Source: Gemmatimonadaceae bacterium
Lineage (GTDB): Bacteria; Gemmatimonadota; Gemmatimonadetes; Gemmatimonadales; Gemmatimonadaceae
Direction: 5' to 3'
NCBI GenBank assembly: GCA_040902005.1
Contig: JBBDYA010000078.1
Span: forward strand, 1-23,176
Length of the DNA stretch: 23,176 nt
This document shows positions 8,364 to 16,681 of the stretch, piece after piece. The notes below the pieces were generated by a model that saw nothing but the letters and a program-made list of their open reading frames with translations, was not told the DNA's origin and did not search any database. Position 1 is the stretch's first letter, and every line of letters begins with the position of its first letter. A program made the position numbers and the translations under genes.

Positions 8364-9482
8364 CTATGAAGCGCCGAGTGCGGTGATCGATTCTACCGCG
8401 CTGGCTTGCCGCTCCTCGCGGCTCCCGCGGATCTCCGCGTAGGGCAGCCCGAGGGCGACAAGGCGGGCGCGAAACAGCGCGTGCATCTCCTCTCGGCGGT
8501 CGCCGCGGTCGCGAACACCATCGGGAATCCAGGGGACGTCCGGCGCGAGCAACAAATACAGGTCGCCCGCCCGCAGGCGTGCCTCGGCTTCGATCCAGGC
8601 TGGCGCGCGCCCGAAATAGTGCTCGCAGTAGACCAGCGTGCTCACGAGATCGGTGTCGAGAATCACCATCCCCGCGGCGCGCGCGATGGCCGCGTCTTCC
8701 TGCGCCATCTGCCCGCGCGCGATCGGTCCGTGATCGCTGAACTCCAGTTGTCCGCCGCGCTCCGCGGCGTACTCGCGCACGAACTCCGCCGACACGGGCG
8801 CGCGAAAGTGCTCGCCCAGCGCACGCGCGAGCTCCGACTTGCCGGTGGACTCCGAGCCCGTGAGCACCACCTTGATCACACGGGCACCGGTCCGGGATGC
8901 GGCGCCACCGCCCCCCCCCCCACGGTCGGCCCTGTAACTGCGCCGCCATTGCACGAAGCCCGTCACTGCGAGCACGAGGAACACGGCGTACAGCCCCGCG
9001 ATCACGTACAGGTCCATGTAGATGTACATCGGCACGTACACCACATCGACGAGGATCCAGAGCACCCAGCTCTCCAGGATTTTGCGCGTCATCATCCACT
9101 GGGCGATCAGACTGACCGTTGTCAGGCCGGAGTCGAGGTACGGCAGCGAGACGCCGGAAAGGCCCGACGTATAGTTGGCGATGCCGGCGTAGAACAGCAT
9201 CGCGGCTACGCCGCTCGCGATCCAGGCGCGCGGACTCGCGCGCGACACGCGCAGGGGCGTCCGCTCCGCGCCCCCATGCAGCCACTGGTACCAGCCGTAG
9301 ATCGAGAGGACCAGGTACACGACCTGGAGCCCCATGCCGGAGTACAGGCCACTCTGAAAGAAGATGAACGTGGACAACGATACGTTCACGATCGCCGTCG
9401 GCCAGCTCCAGATGTTCTGCCGCGTGCTGAGATACACGCTGACCGCCCCCGCAATGGCGGCCGCCCACTCCCAATACGCCAT
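8364..9482 (-). CDS. pnuC: PnuC-family vitamin transporter fused in frame to a NadR-type (AAA_28) kinase domain
   Basis: N-half: QNIWSWP, GLQVVY...YGWYQW, PYLDS...AQWMMTRK, ESWVLWILVD (Pnu WxxWxxxN/D motif). C-half from 8879: Walker A GSESTGKS, EFVREY, DTD, DVPWIPDGVRD. The halves are joined through a G11 tract. Confidence 0.88.
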   Translation of the reverse strand: MAYWEWAAAIAGAVSVYLSTRQNIWSWPTAIVNVSLSTFIFFQSGLYSGMGLQVVYLVLSIYGWYQWLHGGAERTPLRVSRASPRAWIASGVAAMLFYAGIANYTSGLSGVSLPYLDSGLTTVSLIAQWMMTRKILESWVLWILVDVVYVPMYIYMDLYVIAGLYAVFLVLAVTGFVQWRRSYRADRGGGGGGAASRTGARVIKVVLTGSESTGKSELARALGEHFRAPVSAEFVREYAAERGGQLEFSDHGPIARGQMAQEDAAIARAAGMVILDTDLVSTLVYCEHYFGRAPAWIEAEARLRAGDLYLLLAPDVPWIPDGVRDRGDRREEMHALFRARLVALGLPYAEIRGSREERQASAVESITALGAS

Positions 9483-12400
9483 CAGCGCCGGATCTGCTCG
9501 AGCAGGACGCGCACCGCCGCGTCGAGCTGCGAGTCGCGATCGACGTAACTCTCCCCGATCGGCCGCTCGACGGCCACGTCCACCGGGCGCGGCCTGAGCT
9601 CCATGTCCTCGCCGCGGGAATCCGTGATGCGCGTGCTCGGAATCCGCAGCGACGTGCCGTCCATCAGCGTGGTGTTGGACGTGTAGATGATCCAGCCGGA
9701 GGTCGGCTCACCCACGACCTTCCCGAGCTGCATCGCGCGGTACCCTTCCGTGAAGTCCTCCGCGTCGGAGAGCGAGTGCTGGTTCACCACCAGCACCGTG
9801 GGCGACTCGAGCGCGCGCTGCCCCAGCAGCGTTCGCGCCGGCGCCGCCGCGGACCAGCCGCGGGGCTGCATGCGCAGGTAGCCCTGGCGCGCGAACACGT
9901 CCAGCGCGTACGCATTCACGAATCCGCCGTTGTTGTTCCGGATGTCGACGACCACCCCCTCCTTCGCGTGCATGTCCGGGTCGAGATCGAGATAGAGCTG
10001 CGTGAGCGAGCCCGCGCCCATGTCCGGCATGTGCACGTAGCCGAGCCGGCCCTGGCTGACGCGGTCCACGTAGGCGCGCTTCTCGTCCACCCAGGCGCGG
10101 TAGAGCAGGCGCTTCTCCGTCGCGGTGTTGATGGGCCGCACCGCCACCTCGCGCGGCGCGCGCGCTCCCCCCGGACGCGTGACGGACACCGTCACCCTGC
10201 GGTCGATCTTGTGCTGGAGCAACTCATCGATGTTCGTCGCGGCGGCCAGTGCTTCGCCATCGATCGCCACGAGGACGTCACTGGGCTCGATGCCGGCGAT
10301 GGCTGCCGGCGACAGCGGGACGACCTCCGTTACCTGGAATCGCCCGTCACGCTCGTGCACGGCGCGGCTGAACCGCACGCCGAGCCGTCCCGTGACGGTC
10401 TGCGGTGAAAACGACCGACCCGTGACGCCCATGTGCGAGGCGTTCAGGTCTCCGATCATGAGACTCAGCACACGGCGCAGATCCTCGCCACTGCGCGATC
10501 CCGCCACGAACGGCGCGTAGCGCTCGCGCGACGCGCGCCAGTCCACGCCATGGAACGCCGGATCGTAGAAGTTGTCGTTGAGATAGTTCCAGGCCTGCCG
10601 GAAGACCAGTTCCTTCTCGGCGTGGAAATCGACGTCCAGCTGGGCGGAGGTGTTCAGCGCGCGGACGGCGCGCGTCTCGACCGTCACCGAGTTGATGCGC
10701 CCGCCCTCCAGGTAGAACACTTCCTTGGAGTCGGACGTCCACTGCGGAAACGTCTTGTTCCCGGACGTGGAAGTAATCTGTCGCGCGACCGCGTCCTCGA
10801 CTGCCAGTTCGTCGAGCGAATACACATGGAGGTTGGTCTGCCCCGCGGCGGACGCCGAGAGCAGCACCCACTTCCCGTCCGGACTGATCGCCGCGTAGTT
10901 CACGTCGAGGCCGGTGGGAAGCACGGTCAGCCGCTGGCGGATGCCATCGAAGACGGGGGTGACGCCGGGCCGGGCGCTCGCCGCCGTATCGGAAGCGGCG
11001 GCCTCCCGTGCCGCTCCCGGCTGCCGCGCGGGCGCCGCCGCGGGTGTGGGGCGAGCCGGTGTGTCGAACAGTTCGCGAAAACGGTCCTCGCGGAAGCGCG
11101 GGGTCCGCGGCACCAGGTCCACCCGCGCGACGATTCCCGATTCCGTGCGCTGGCGCGAGTCCAGCAGCAGGAAGGTGCCGTCCGGACTCCAGGACACGCC
11201 ATTCCCGAAGACGTTGGGGAGGAAGCTCACCGCGCGGCTTTCTCCACCTGCGGCCGGCGCGATAAACACGTTCGAGAACCCCTTGGCGCCGCCGCCCGAA
11301 TAGGCAAGCCAGCGGCTGTCCGGCGACCAGGCGAATCCGCGCCACGAGGGAAAGGGCTCGCGGTCGAAATGCCCGCTCGCGATCAGCCGCTCCCGCTTCG
11401 TCGCCACGTCCACCACACGCAGCTCGCGCCCGCCGCGAATGAAGGCGACGCTCCGTTCGTCCGGCGACCAGATCGGCGTGTTGTCGGGCCCATCGCCGGC
11501 GGTCGTGAGGGGCGACTCGGCGCCGGTGGTGAAATCGTACGTATGCAGGCGCGTGCTGCCACCACGGTCCGACGAAAAGACGATGCGCCGGCTGTCAGGC
11601 GCCCAGTGGATCTCGCCGTCGTTCCCCGGGTCGAAAGTGATGCGCGTGGCTTCGCCGTTCTCCCGAGCCGACGTGGCGAAGATCTCGCCGCGTGTGGCGA
11701 ACGCCACCTTCTTTCCGTCCGGGGCGAGCGCGAACCACTGGAAGCCGTTGGTCGCGTTCACCCGCTCGCCGCCGCTCGCCGCCGGCGCGCCCCGCAGCGA
11801 GATGGGCACCTCGGCCACTCGCCCGCTCGCCGGATCGAGCCTCCAGACAGCGAAGCCGCGCTCGAAGACGATGACGCCGCCGTTCGCGGCGATCCCCGGC
11901 CAGAGCACGCGCCCGTCGCGAAAGGAGGTGAGCGCCCGCTCCGCTCCACCCATGGGCTTCGCGTAGATGTTCTCCGCCCCGCTCTTGTCCGACATGTAGT
12001 ACAGCGTGCGGCCGTCGCCGCTCCACATCGGCCACGCATACTTCGCGTCGCCCCCGGCCACGCGCTCGTAGCCTGGCGGCGTGCCGTCGCGCACGAGCCA
12101 GATCTCGCTCTCGTCGATGTGGCTATGCCCGTTGCGCCACCACTGTCCGGCGACGATTCCGCGCGCCGTGATCGCGAGCGTGCCCGGCTCGGAGGGGGAC
12201 GGCGCCGCCCAGTATTCGCTCGCGTACCGGTCCGCCGACACGAGCATCGGCGTGCCACCGCTGGCGCGCACCCGCAGCACGTCGTTCATCCCCGCGATGT
12301 CCCGGCTGGTGGTGGACAGGTAGACGTACAGGCCGTCGCGCGACCAGCCGTCCACCGTCTCGGCGACGTCATCGAACGTCAGTCGGCGCACGTCCCCGGT

Positions 12401-12706
12401 GGCGAGCGTGAGCACGTAGATGTCCCCGTTCCCCGTCCGGTTGGAGACAAACGCCAGCCGCGTGCCGTCGGGCGAATAGATGGGCCTCGACTCGGACGCC
12501 GGATGCGACACCAGCAGCCGCGCCTCGCCGCCGACCGTGGGCACCGTCCAGATGTCTCCGCCGGAGACGAAGGCGATCTCGCGCCCGTCCGGGGACAGCG
12601 CCGGCTCGGCGAAGACGGGCTTTGACTGCGCACGCGCGGCAGTGTGCGTGGGAAATGGCGCGAACGCCAGCAGCGCGGTACCCAGGAGAATCGCGGGATT
12701 GCACAT
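9482..12706 (-). CDS. Tricorn-like S41 protease (PD40/TolB beta-propellers, C1, PDZ, catalytic domain)
   Basis: Signal peptide from MCNPAILL (12706), many SPDG/WSPD repeats, ASHMG, GYVHMPDM, DIRNNNGG, SLSDAEDF and DSQLDAAV. Confidence 0.92.
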   Translation of the reverse strand: MCNPAILLGTALLAFAPFPTHTAARAQSKPVFAEPALSPDGREIAFVSGGDIWTVPTVGGEARLLVSHPASESRPIYSPDGTRLAFVSNRTGNGDIYVLTLATGDVRRLTFDDVAETVDGWSRDGLYVYLSTTSRDIAGMNDVLRVRASGGTPMLVSADRYASEYWAAPSPSEPGTLAITARGIVAGQWWRNGHSHIDESEIWLVRDGTPPGYERVAGGDAKYAWPMWSGDGRTLYYMSDKSGAENIYAKPMGGAERALTSFRDGRVLWPGIAANGGVIVFERGFAVWRLDPASGRVAEVPISLRGAPAASGGERVNATNGFQWFALAPDGKKVAFATRGEIFATSARENGEATRITFDPGNDGEIHWAPDSRRIVFSSDRGGSTRLHTYDFTTGAESPLTTAGDGPDNTPIWSPDERSVAFIRGGRELRVVDVATKRERLIASGHFDREPFPSWRGFAWSPDSRWLAYSGGGAKGFSNVFIAPAAGGESRAVSFLPNVFGNGVSWSPDGTFLLLDSRQRTESGIVARVDLVPRTPRFREDRFRELFDTPARPTPAAAPARQPGAAREAAASDTAASARPGVTPVFDGIRQRLTVLPTGLDVNYAAISPDGKWVLLSASAAGQTNLHVYSLDELAVEDAVARQITSTSGNKTFPQWTSDSKEVFYLEGGRINSVTVETRAVRALNTSAQLDVDFHAEKELVFRQAWNYLNDNFYDPAFHGVDWRASRERYAPFVAGSRSGEDLRRVLSLMIGDLNASHMGVTGRSFSPQTVTGRLGVRFSRAVHERDGRFQVTEVVPLSPAAIAGIEPSDVLVAIDGEALAAATNIDELLQHKIDRRVTVSVTRPGGARAPREVAVRPINTATEKRLLYRAWVDEKRAYVDRVSQGRLGYVHMPDMGAGSLTQLYLDLDPDMHAKEGVVVDIRNNNGGFVNAYALDVFARQGYLRMQPRGWSAAAPARTLLGQRALESPTVLVVNQHSLSDAEDFTEGYRAMQLGKVVGEPTSGWIIYTSNTTLMDGTSLRIPSTRITDSRGEDMELRPRPVDVAVERPIGESYVDRDSQLDAAVRVLLEQIRR

Positions 12707-12806
12707 GGTGTGTGTGACGGCGGGGAGTGGGAATCCGGTGGTCCGGTGAATATGGGACCCCGTTCGTTGCGGGAGCAACGCCATCGCGCAGGTTAGGTTG
12801 CACGGC

Positions 12807-13799
12807 ATGCGCGTCATTCACGTGAACGCCCAGGCGCCGGAGCGCTCGGCGCTGCGGGAGGCCGCGGAGTTGCTACGCGGCGGAGGGCTGGTGGCCTTTC
12901 CGACCGAAACGGTCTACGGGCTGGGCGCGAATGCCCTGGACGCGAACGCGGTGGACCGCATCTATCAGGCGAAGGGACGGCCGCCGATCAACCCGCTCAT
13001 CGTCCATGTGTCAACCATCGCCGAGGCACGCGCGCTCACCACGAACTGGACCCTCGCGGCGGATCGGCTGGCCGGCGCCTACTGGCCTGGTCCGATCACG
13101 CTCGTGGTTCGCAAGGCGGCGCACATTCCCGACATCGTGACGGCGGGAGGCGATACGGTGGGACTTCGCGTTCCCGGCCACCCGGTAGCGCTCGCGCTCA
13201 TCGAGATGGCGGGGGTCCCCATCGCGGCGCCGAGCGCGAATCGCTCGAACCAGGTGTCGCCCACCACGGCGCAGCACGTGGCGCGCGGCTTGGCGGGGCG
13301 TGTGGATCTCGTGATCGACGCGGGTGCCACGACCATCGGCATCGAGTCCACGGTGGTGGACGCCACCGGCGACGTGCCGCGCATCCTTCGCCCCGGCATG
13401 ATCACCCGCGACGCGGTCGCGCGGGTGGCCGGCTCCGCGGAGATCGCTGCCACGGCATCGGCCGGCGCGCCGCGGTCGCCGGGCCTGCTGGAGCGGCACT
13501 ACGCGCCGGGGGCGCGCGTCGTCCTGTTCACGCCGGCGTCGCGAGACGCGGTGATGGGCGACGCACGCGTGGCACTCGACATGGGACGGCGCGTGGGCGG
13601 GATGCTGTTCGGCGGGAGCGAGCAGACGCTCACACTCCAGGTGACGATGCCGGCCGATCCCGACGGCTACGCGCGCGCGCTCTACGCGGCGCTGCACCAG
13701 ATGGACGACGCGGAGTGCGATGCCGTGCTCATCGAACTGCCACCGGACACCGCAGCATGGGCCGGCGTGATGGACCGGCTGCGACGGGCAGCGGCCTAG
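12807..13799 (+). CDS. tsaC: L-threonylcarbamoyladenylate synthase, SUA5 long form
   Basis: VAFPTETVYGLGANA, KGRPPINPLIVH, WPGPIT, AAPSANRS, GIESTVVD and SPG...HYAP, plus the C-terminal SUA5 domain. Confidence 0.95.
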   Translation: MRVIHVNAQAPERSALREAAELLRGGGLVAFPTETVYGLGANALDANAVDRIYQAKGRPPINPLIVHVSTIAEARALTTNWTLAADRLAGAYWPGPITLVVRKAAHIPDIVTAGGDTVGLRVPGHPVALALIEMAGVPIAAPSANRSNQVSPTTAQHVARGLAGRVDLVIDAGATTIGIESTVVDATGDVPRILRPGMITRDAVARVAGSAEIAATASAGAPRSPGLLERHYAPGARVVLFTPASRDAVMGDARVALDMGRRVGGMLFGGSEQTLTLQVTMPADPDGYARALYAALHQMDDAECDAVLIELPPDTAAWAGVMDRLRRAAA

Positions 13800-13800
13800 G

Positions 13801-14022
13801 TCAGATCTTGTGGCGGAAGGTGATCCGGCCTCGTGTGAGATCATAGGGCGACACCTCCACCGTCACGCGATCGCCCTGGAGCACGCGGATGCGGAACCGG
13901 CGCATGTTGCCGCCGAGCGTCGCGAGCACGGTATGGCCGTTCGGCAGCGTCACGCGGAAGGTCGCGTTCGGCAGCACTTCCGTGATCGTGCCTTCCAGTT
14001 GTATCGCTTCTTCCTTGGCCAT
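13801..14022 (-). CDS. infA: translation initiation factor IF-1
   Basis: [24 protein letters not shown]...[21 protein letters not shown], 73 aa. Confidence 0.96.
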   Translation of the reverse strand: MAKEEAIQLEGTITEVLPNATFRVTLPNGHTVLATLGGNMRRFRIRVLQGDRVTVEVSPYDLTRGRITFRHKI

Positions 14023-14036
14023 TCCGATCCCGACAG

Positions 14037-14243
14037 CTAGACCTTCGAGACGTTTTCGGCCGCGGGACCCTTCTGTCCTGCCACGACGTCGAACTGGACG
14101 CGATCGCCTTCCGCCAGCGACTTGAAGCCGTCGCCCTGAATCGCGGAATAGTGGACGAAGCAATCCTTGGAGCCATCGTCCGGCGTGATGAACCCGAAGC
14201 CCTTCGAATCGTTGAACCACTTCACTACGCCCTGGGTAGGCAT
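14037..14243 (-). CDS. cspA: cold-shock protein (CSD)
   Basis: [15 protein letters not shown] (RNP1), DCFVHYSAI (RNP2) and KGPAAENV; 68 aa. The paralog letter is not resolvable. Confidence 0.95.
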   Translation of the reverse strand: MPTQGVVKWFNDSKGFGFITPDDGSKDCFVHYSAIQGDGFKSLAEGDRVQFDVVAGQKGPAAENVSKV

Positions 14244-14351
14244 TCCTTCACTCGCTTGTTCAAGAGGACACGCACACAAATGGGACCCCCGCCAAGCCAG
14301 GTCCCGTATGTGATTGCAGGAGCGGCGCCGTCACGCGGCATCGCGACTACC

Positions 14352-14380
14352 AACGTAGTGGTGGGCCTGGGGTTGGTCAA
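14352..14380 (-). promoter_or_regulatory. sigma70-type promoter for csp-infA
   Basis: Minus strand reads TTGACC-N17-TACGTT, implying a ~100-nt 5' UTR that contains a GGGACC/GGTCCC stem (14282-14305). Confidence 0.6.
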
Positions 14381-14423
14381 ATGAAGTTCGGCCTCACGGC
14401 CCGGCGGCGGCAGGGTACATTTG

Positions 14424-14512
14424 GGACAGACCGGGGTGCCCCGCGCGCTTCTGCGCGGCGCTGAGATCACACCCGACGAACCTGATCCGGCTCGTACCGG
14501 CGTAGGGAGTCC
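14424..14512 (+). ncRNA. TPP riboswitch
   Basis: CGGGGTGC...GCTGAGA...ACCCG..GAACCTGATCCGG....TACCGGCGTAGGGA matches the THI-box consensus. It follows a TACATT -10-like hexamer (14416-14421) and directly precedes a TonB receptor. Confidence 0.95.
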
Positions 14513-14515
14513 ATC

Positions 14516-16585
14516 ATGAAGCGAATCATTCTCGCCATCGGCGCCGTCGCGCTGTTCGTGCATCCGTCCATGGCGCAGACACCGGCACGCGATACCGCGC
14601 GCACGCGCGCCGACAGCGCGCAGGCACTCGAAGGGGTCACCGTTACCGCGATTCGCGCGCACCGCGACGCGCCCATCTCGCAGAAGACGCTCACCCGTAC
14701 CGACATCGGGGAGCGGCACCACGGCCAGGACATTCCCCTGCTGCTGCAGGGCACGCCGTCGCTCACGATCAAGAGCGAGACCGGAACGCCGTGGGGATAC
14801 AGCTACGTCCGCCTCCGCGGCATGGAGCACCGGCGGATCAACTTCACGCTCGACGGCATTCCGCTCAACGACCCGGAAGACCACGTGCTGTACTTCACGA
14901 ATTTTCCGGACCTCGCGAACAGCCTGGAGTCCGCGCAGGTGCAGCGCGGCGTGGGCACCAGCAGCACCGGCGTCGCGGCCTACGCGGGCTCCGTGAACCT
15001 GGAAACGCGTTCGTTGCCGGCAGCGCGTCGCGGCGCCGAGGCCCAGCTGCAAACGGGCGCGTTCGCGTCGCACCGCGGAAGCGTGGCGTACAACTCCGGA
15101 CTGCTCGACAACGGGCTGGCGTTCCACGCGCGCGCCTCCGCGCTGCGCACCGGCGGGTACCGGCGGCACGCGGGCATCGACGCGCGGTCCGTCTTTTTCA
15201 GCGGCGGCTACTTCGGCCCGCGCGACGTGATCAAGTTCACGGCCACCGCCGGCGTCTTCGCGGACACGATGGCCTACACCGGCGCCTCGGAGGCGCAGAT
15301 CGCGCAGGACCGGCGCTTCAACCCGCTGCGCCCCGACGAAACGGACCGGTTTGGCGAACAGGTCGCGGCGCTCACCTACATCCGGTCCCTGGGCGTCGCG
15401 TCCTCCGTGTCCACCATGCTGTATCGCATCTCGGCTGGCGGCGCGTTCGACGTCTGCATCGACCGGTGCGACGAACCAGTCGCCGACCTCTGGAAGTTCC
15501 ACCTGGACTTCGGATGGTATGGCGCGACGAGTGCGTGGAACTTCGAGCGCGGCCACCTGCGCACCAGCGTCGGGGTCAACGCCAACACCTACGCGCGCGA
15601 CCACTACGTGTACGCAAGACCTGACCTCGCCACTGCCTTGTACTTCAACACCGGCCACAAGCGGGACGCCAGCGGTTTCGCGAAGGCAGCCTACGACCTG
15701 GGCCGCACGACGGTGTTCGGGGACGTCCAGGCCCGCACGGCGCGCTTCCGCTACGCGCCCGACGCGAACGCCGGCATCGACGAACTGTCCATGGACTGGA
15801 CGTTCCTCAATCCGAAGGTCGGACTCACCTACCATGCGCGTCGCGTCGTGTCGCTCTACGGCTCGTACGGCATCAACAGCCGCGAACCGTCGCGCGAAGA
15901 CATGTTCGGCGGCCATGATAATCTCGACGCGTCGAACGCGGCCTTCGTCGGCGCGCTCGACCGAGTGGCGCCGGAGCGCGCGCACGACCTCGAGGCCGGC
16001 ATCACCGCGGAGCACGGGTCGCTGGCGCTCCAGGCCAACGTCTTCGACATGCGCTTCCGGAACGAGATCCTGCCGATCGGGGAGTTGAGCGACATCGGCA
16101 CTCCCCTGCGGAAGAACGTTCCCGCCAGCTACCGGCGCGGCATCGAGGTGGACGTCGCGTTCCGTCCCGTCCGGACGATCGAGACGTCGGCGAACGTGAC
16201 GATCATGACGAGCAACATCCGGGAATTCGCGGACCGGGATGGAACCACCTATCGCAACGTGCCCGCGCTGCTCACGCCACGGATGCAATCGGCTCAGCAA
16301 TTGACGTGGCGCCCGGGAGCGGGGCTGTCGATCACGACCGCGGGACGGTACGTGGGCCGCTCGCAACTCACCAACACCAACAACCCCGCCCTCGCGCTCC
16401 CCGCAACGTACGTCCTGGACGCCGGGGCGACCTGGGCATACGGCCGCTACGAACTGACGGCGTTCGGACACAACCTGGGCCATTCGCGCGGCTACTCGAC
16501 CGGCAACGTGAGCTCGAGCGGCACCCCCCGGTACTTCGTGCTGGCACCTCCCAGCCTGCATTTCCTGCTAAAGGCGCTTTTCTGA
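14516..16585 (+). CDS. TonB-dependent receptor, probably for thiamine or a precursor
   Basis: Signal peptide, TonB-box-like LEGVTVTA, plug motifs (RLRG, DGIPLND, VQRG, GSVNL), beta-barrel and terminal Phe. Substrate is inferred from the riboswitch. Confidence 0.92.
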   Translation: MKRIILAIGAVALFVHPSMAQTPARDTARTRADSAQALEGVTVTAIRAHRDAPISQKTLTRTDIGERHHGQDIPLLLQGTPSLTIKSETGTPWGYSYVRLRGMEHRRINFTLDGIPLNDPEDHVLYFTNFPDLANSLESAQVQRGVGTSSTGVAAYAGSVNLETRSLPAARRGAEAQLQTGAFASHRGSVAYNSGLLDNGLAFHARASALRTGGYRRHAGIDARSVFFSGGYFGPRDVIKFTATAGVFADTMAYTGASEAQIAQDRRFNPLRPDETDRFGEQVAALTYIRSLGVASSVSTMLYRISAGGAFDVCIDRCDEPVADLWKFHLDFGWYGATSAWNFERGHLRTSVGVNANTYARDHYVYARPDLATALYFNTGHKRDASGFAKAAYDLGRTTVFGDVQARTARFRYAPDANAGIDELSMDWTFLNPKVGLTYHARRVVSLYGSYGINSREPSREDMFGGHDNLDASNAAFVGALDRVAPERAHDLEAGITAEHGSLALQANVFDMRFRNEILPIGELSDIGTPLRKNVPASYRRGIEVDVAFRPVRTIETSANVTIMTSNIREFADRDGTTYRNVPALLTPRMQSAQQLTWRPGAGLSITTAGRYVGRSQLTNTNNPALALPATYVLDAGATWAYGRYELTAFGHNLGHSRGYSTGNVSSSGTPRYFVLAPPSLHFLLKALF

Positions 16586-16681
16586 CGGTTGGGCAGGGCG
16601 CGGCTGCGTTCGCCACCAGCCCTCGCACCAACATTGCACTCCAATGACCTCGCGCGACGTAACAGGCGGAGGATCCTGGGG

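Noticed and set aside
13801..14220. 139-aa ORF suggesting an extended IF-1 or a Csp-IF1 fusion
   Set aside because: The extension is an alternate frame of csp. Csp has its own stop at 14037-14039 and IF-1 has its canonical MAKEE start at 14022.
14346..14359. ACTAC-caac-GTAGT inverted repeat over the csp -10 box as an operator
   Set aside because: Only 5-bp arms and a single instance, which is not distinguishable from chance.
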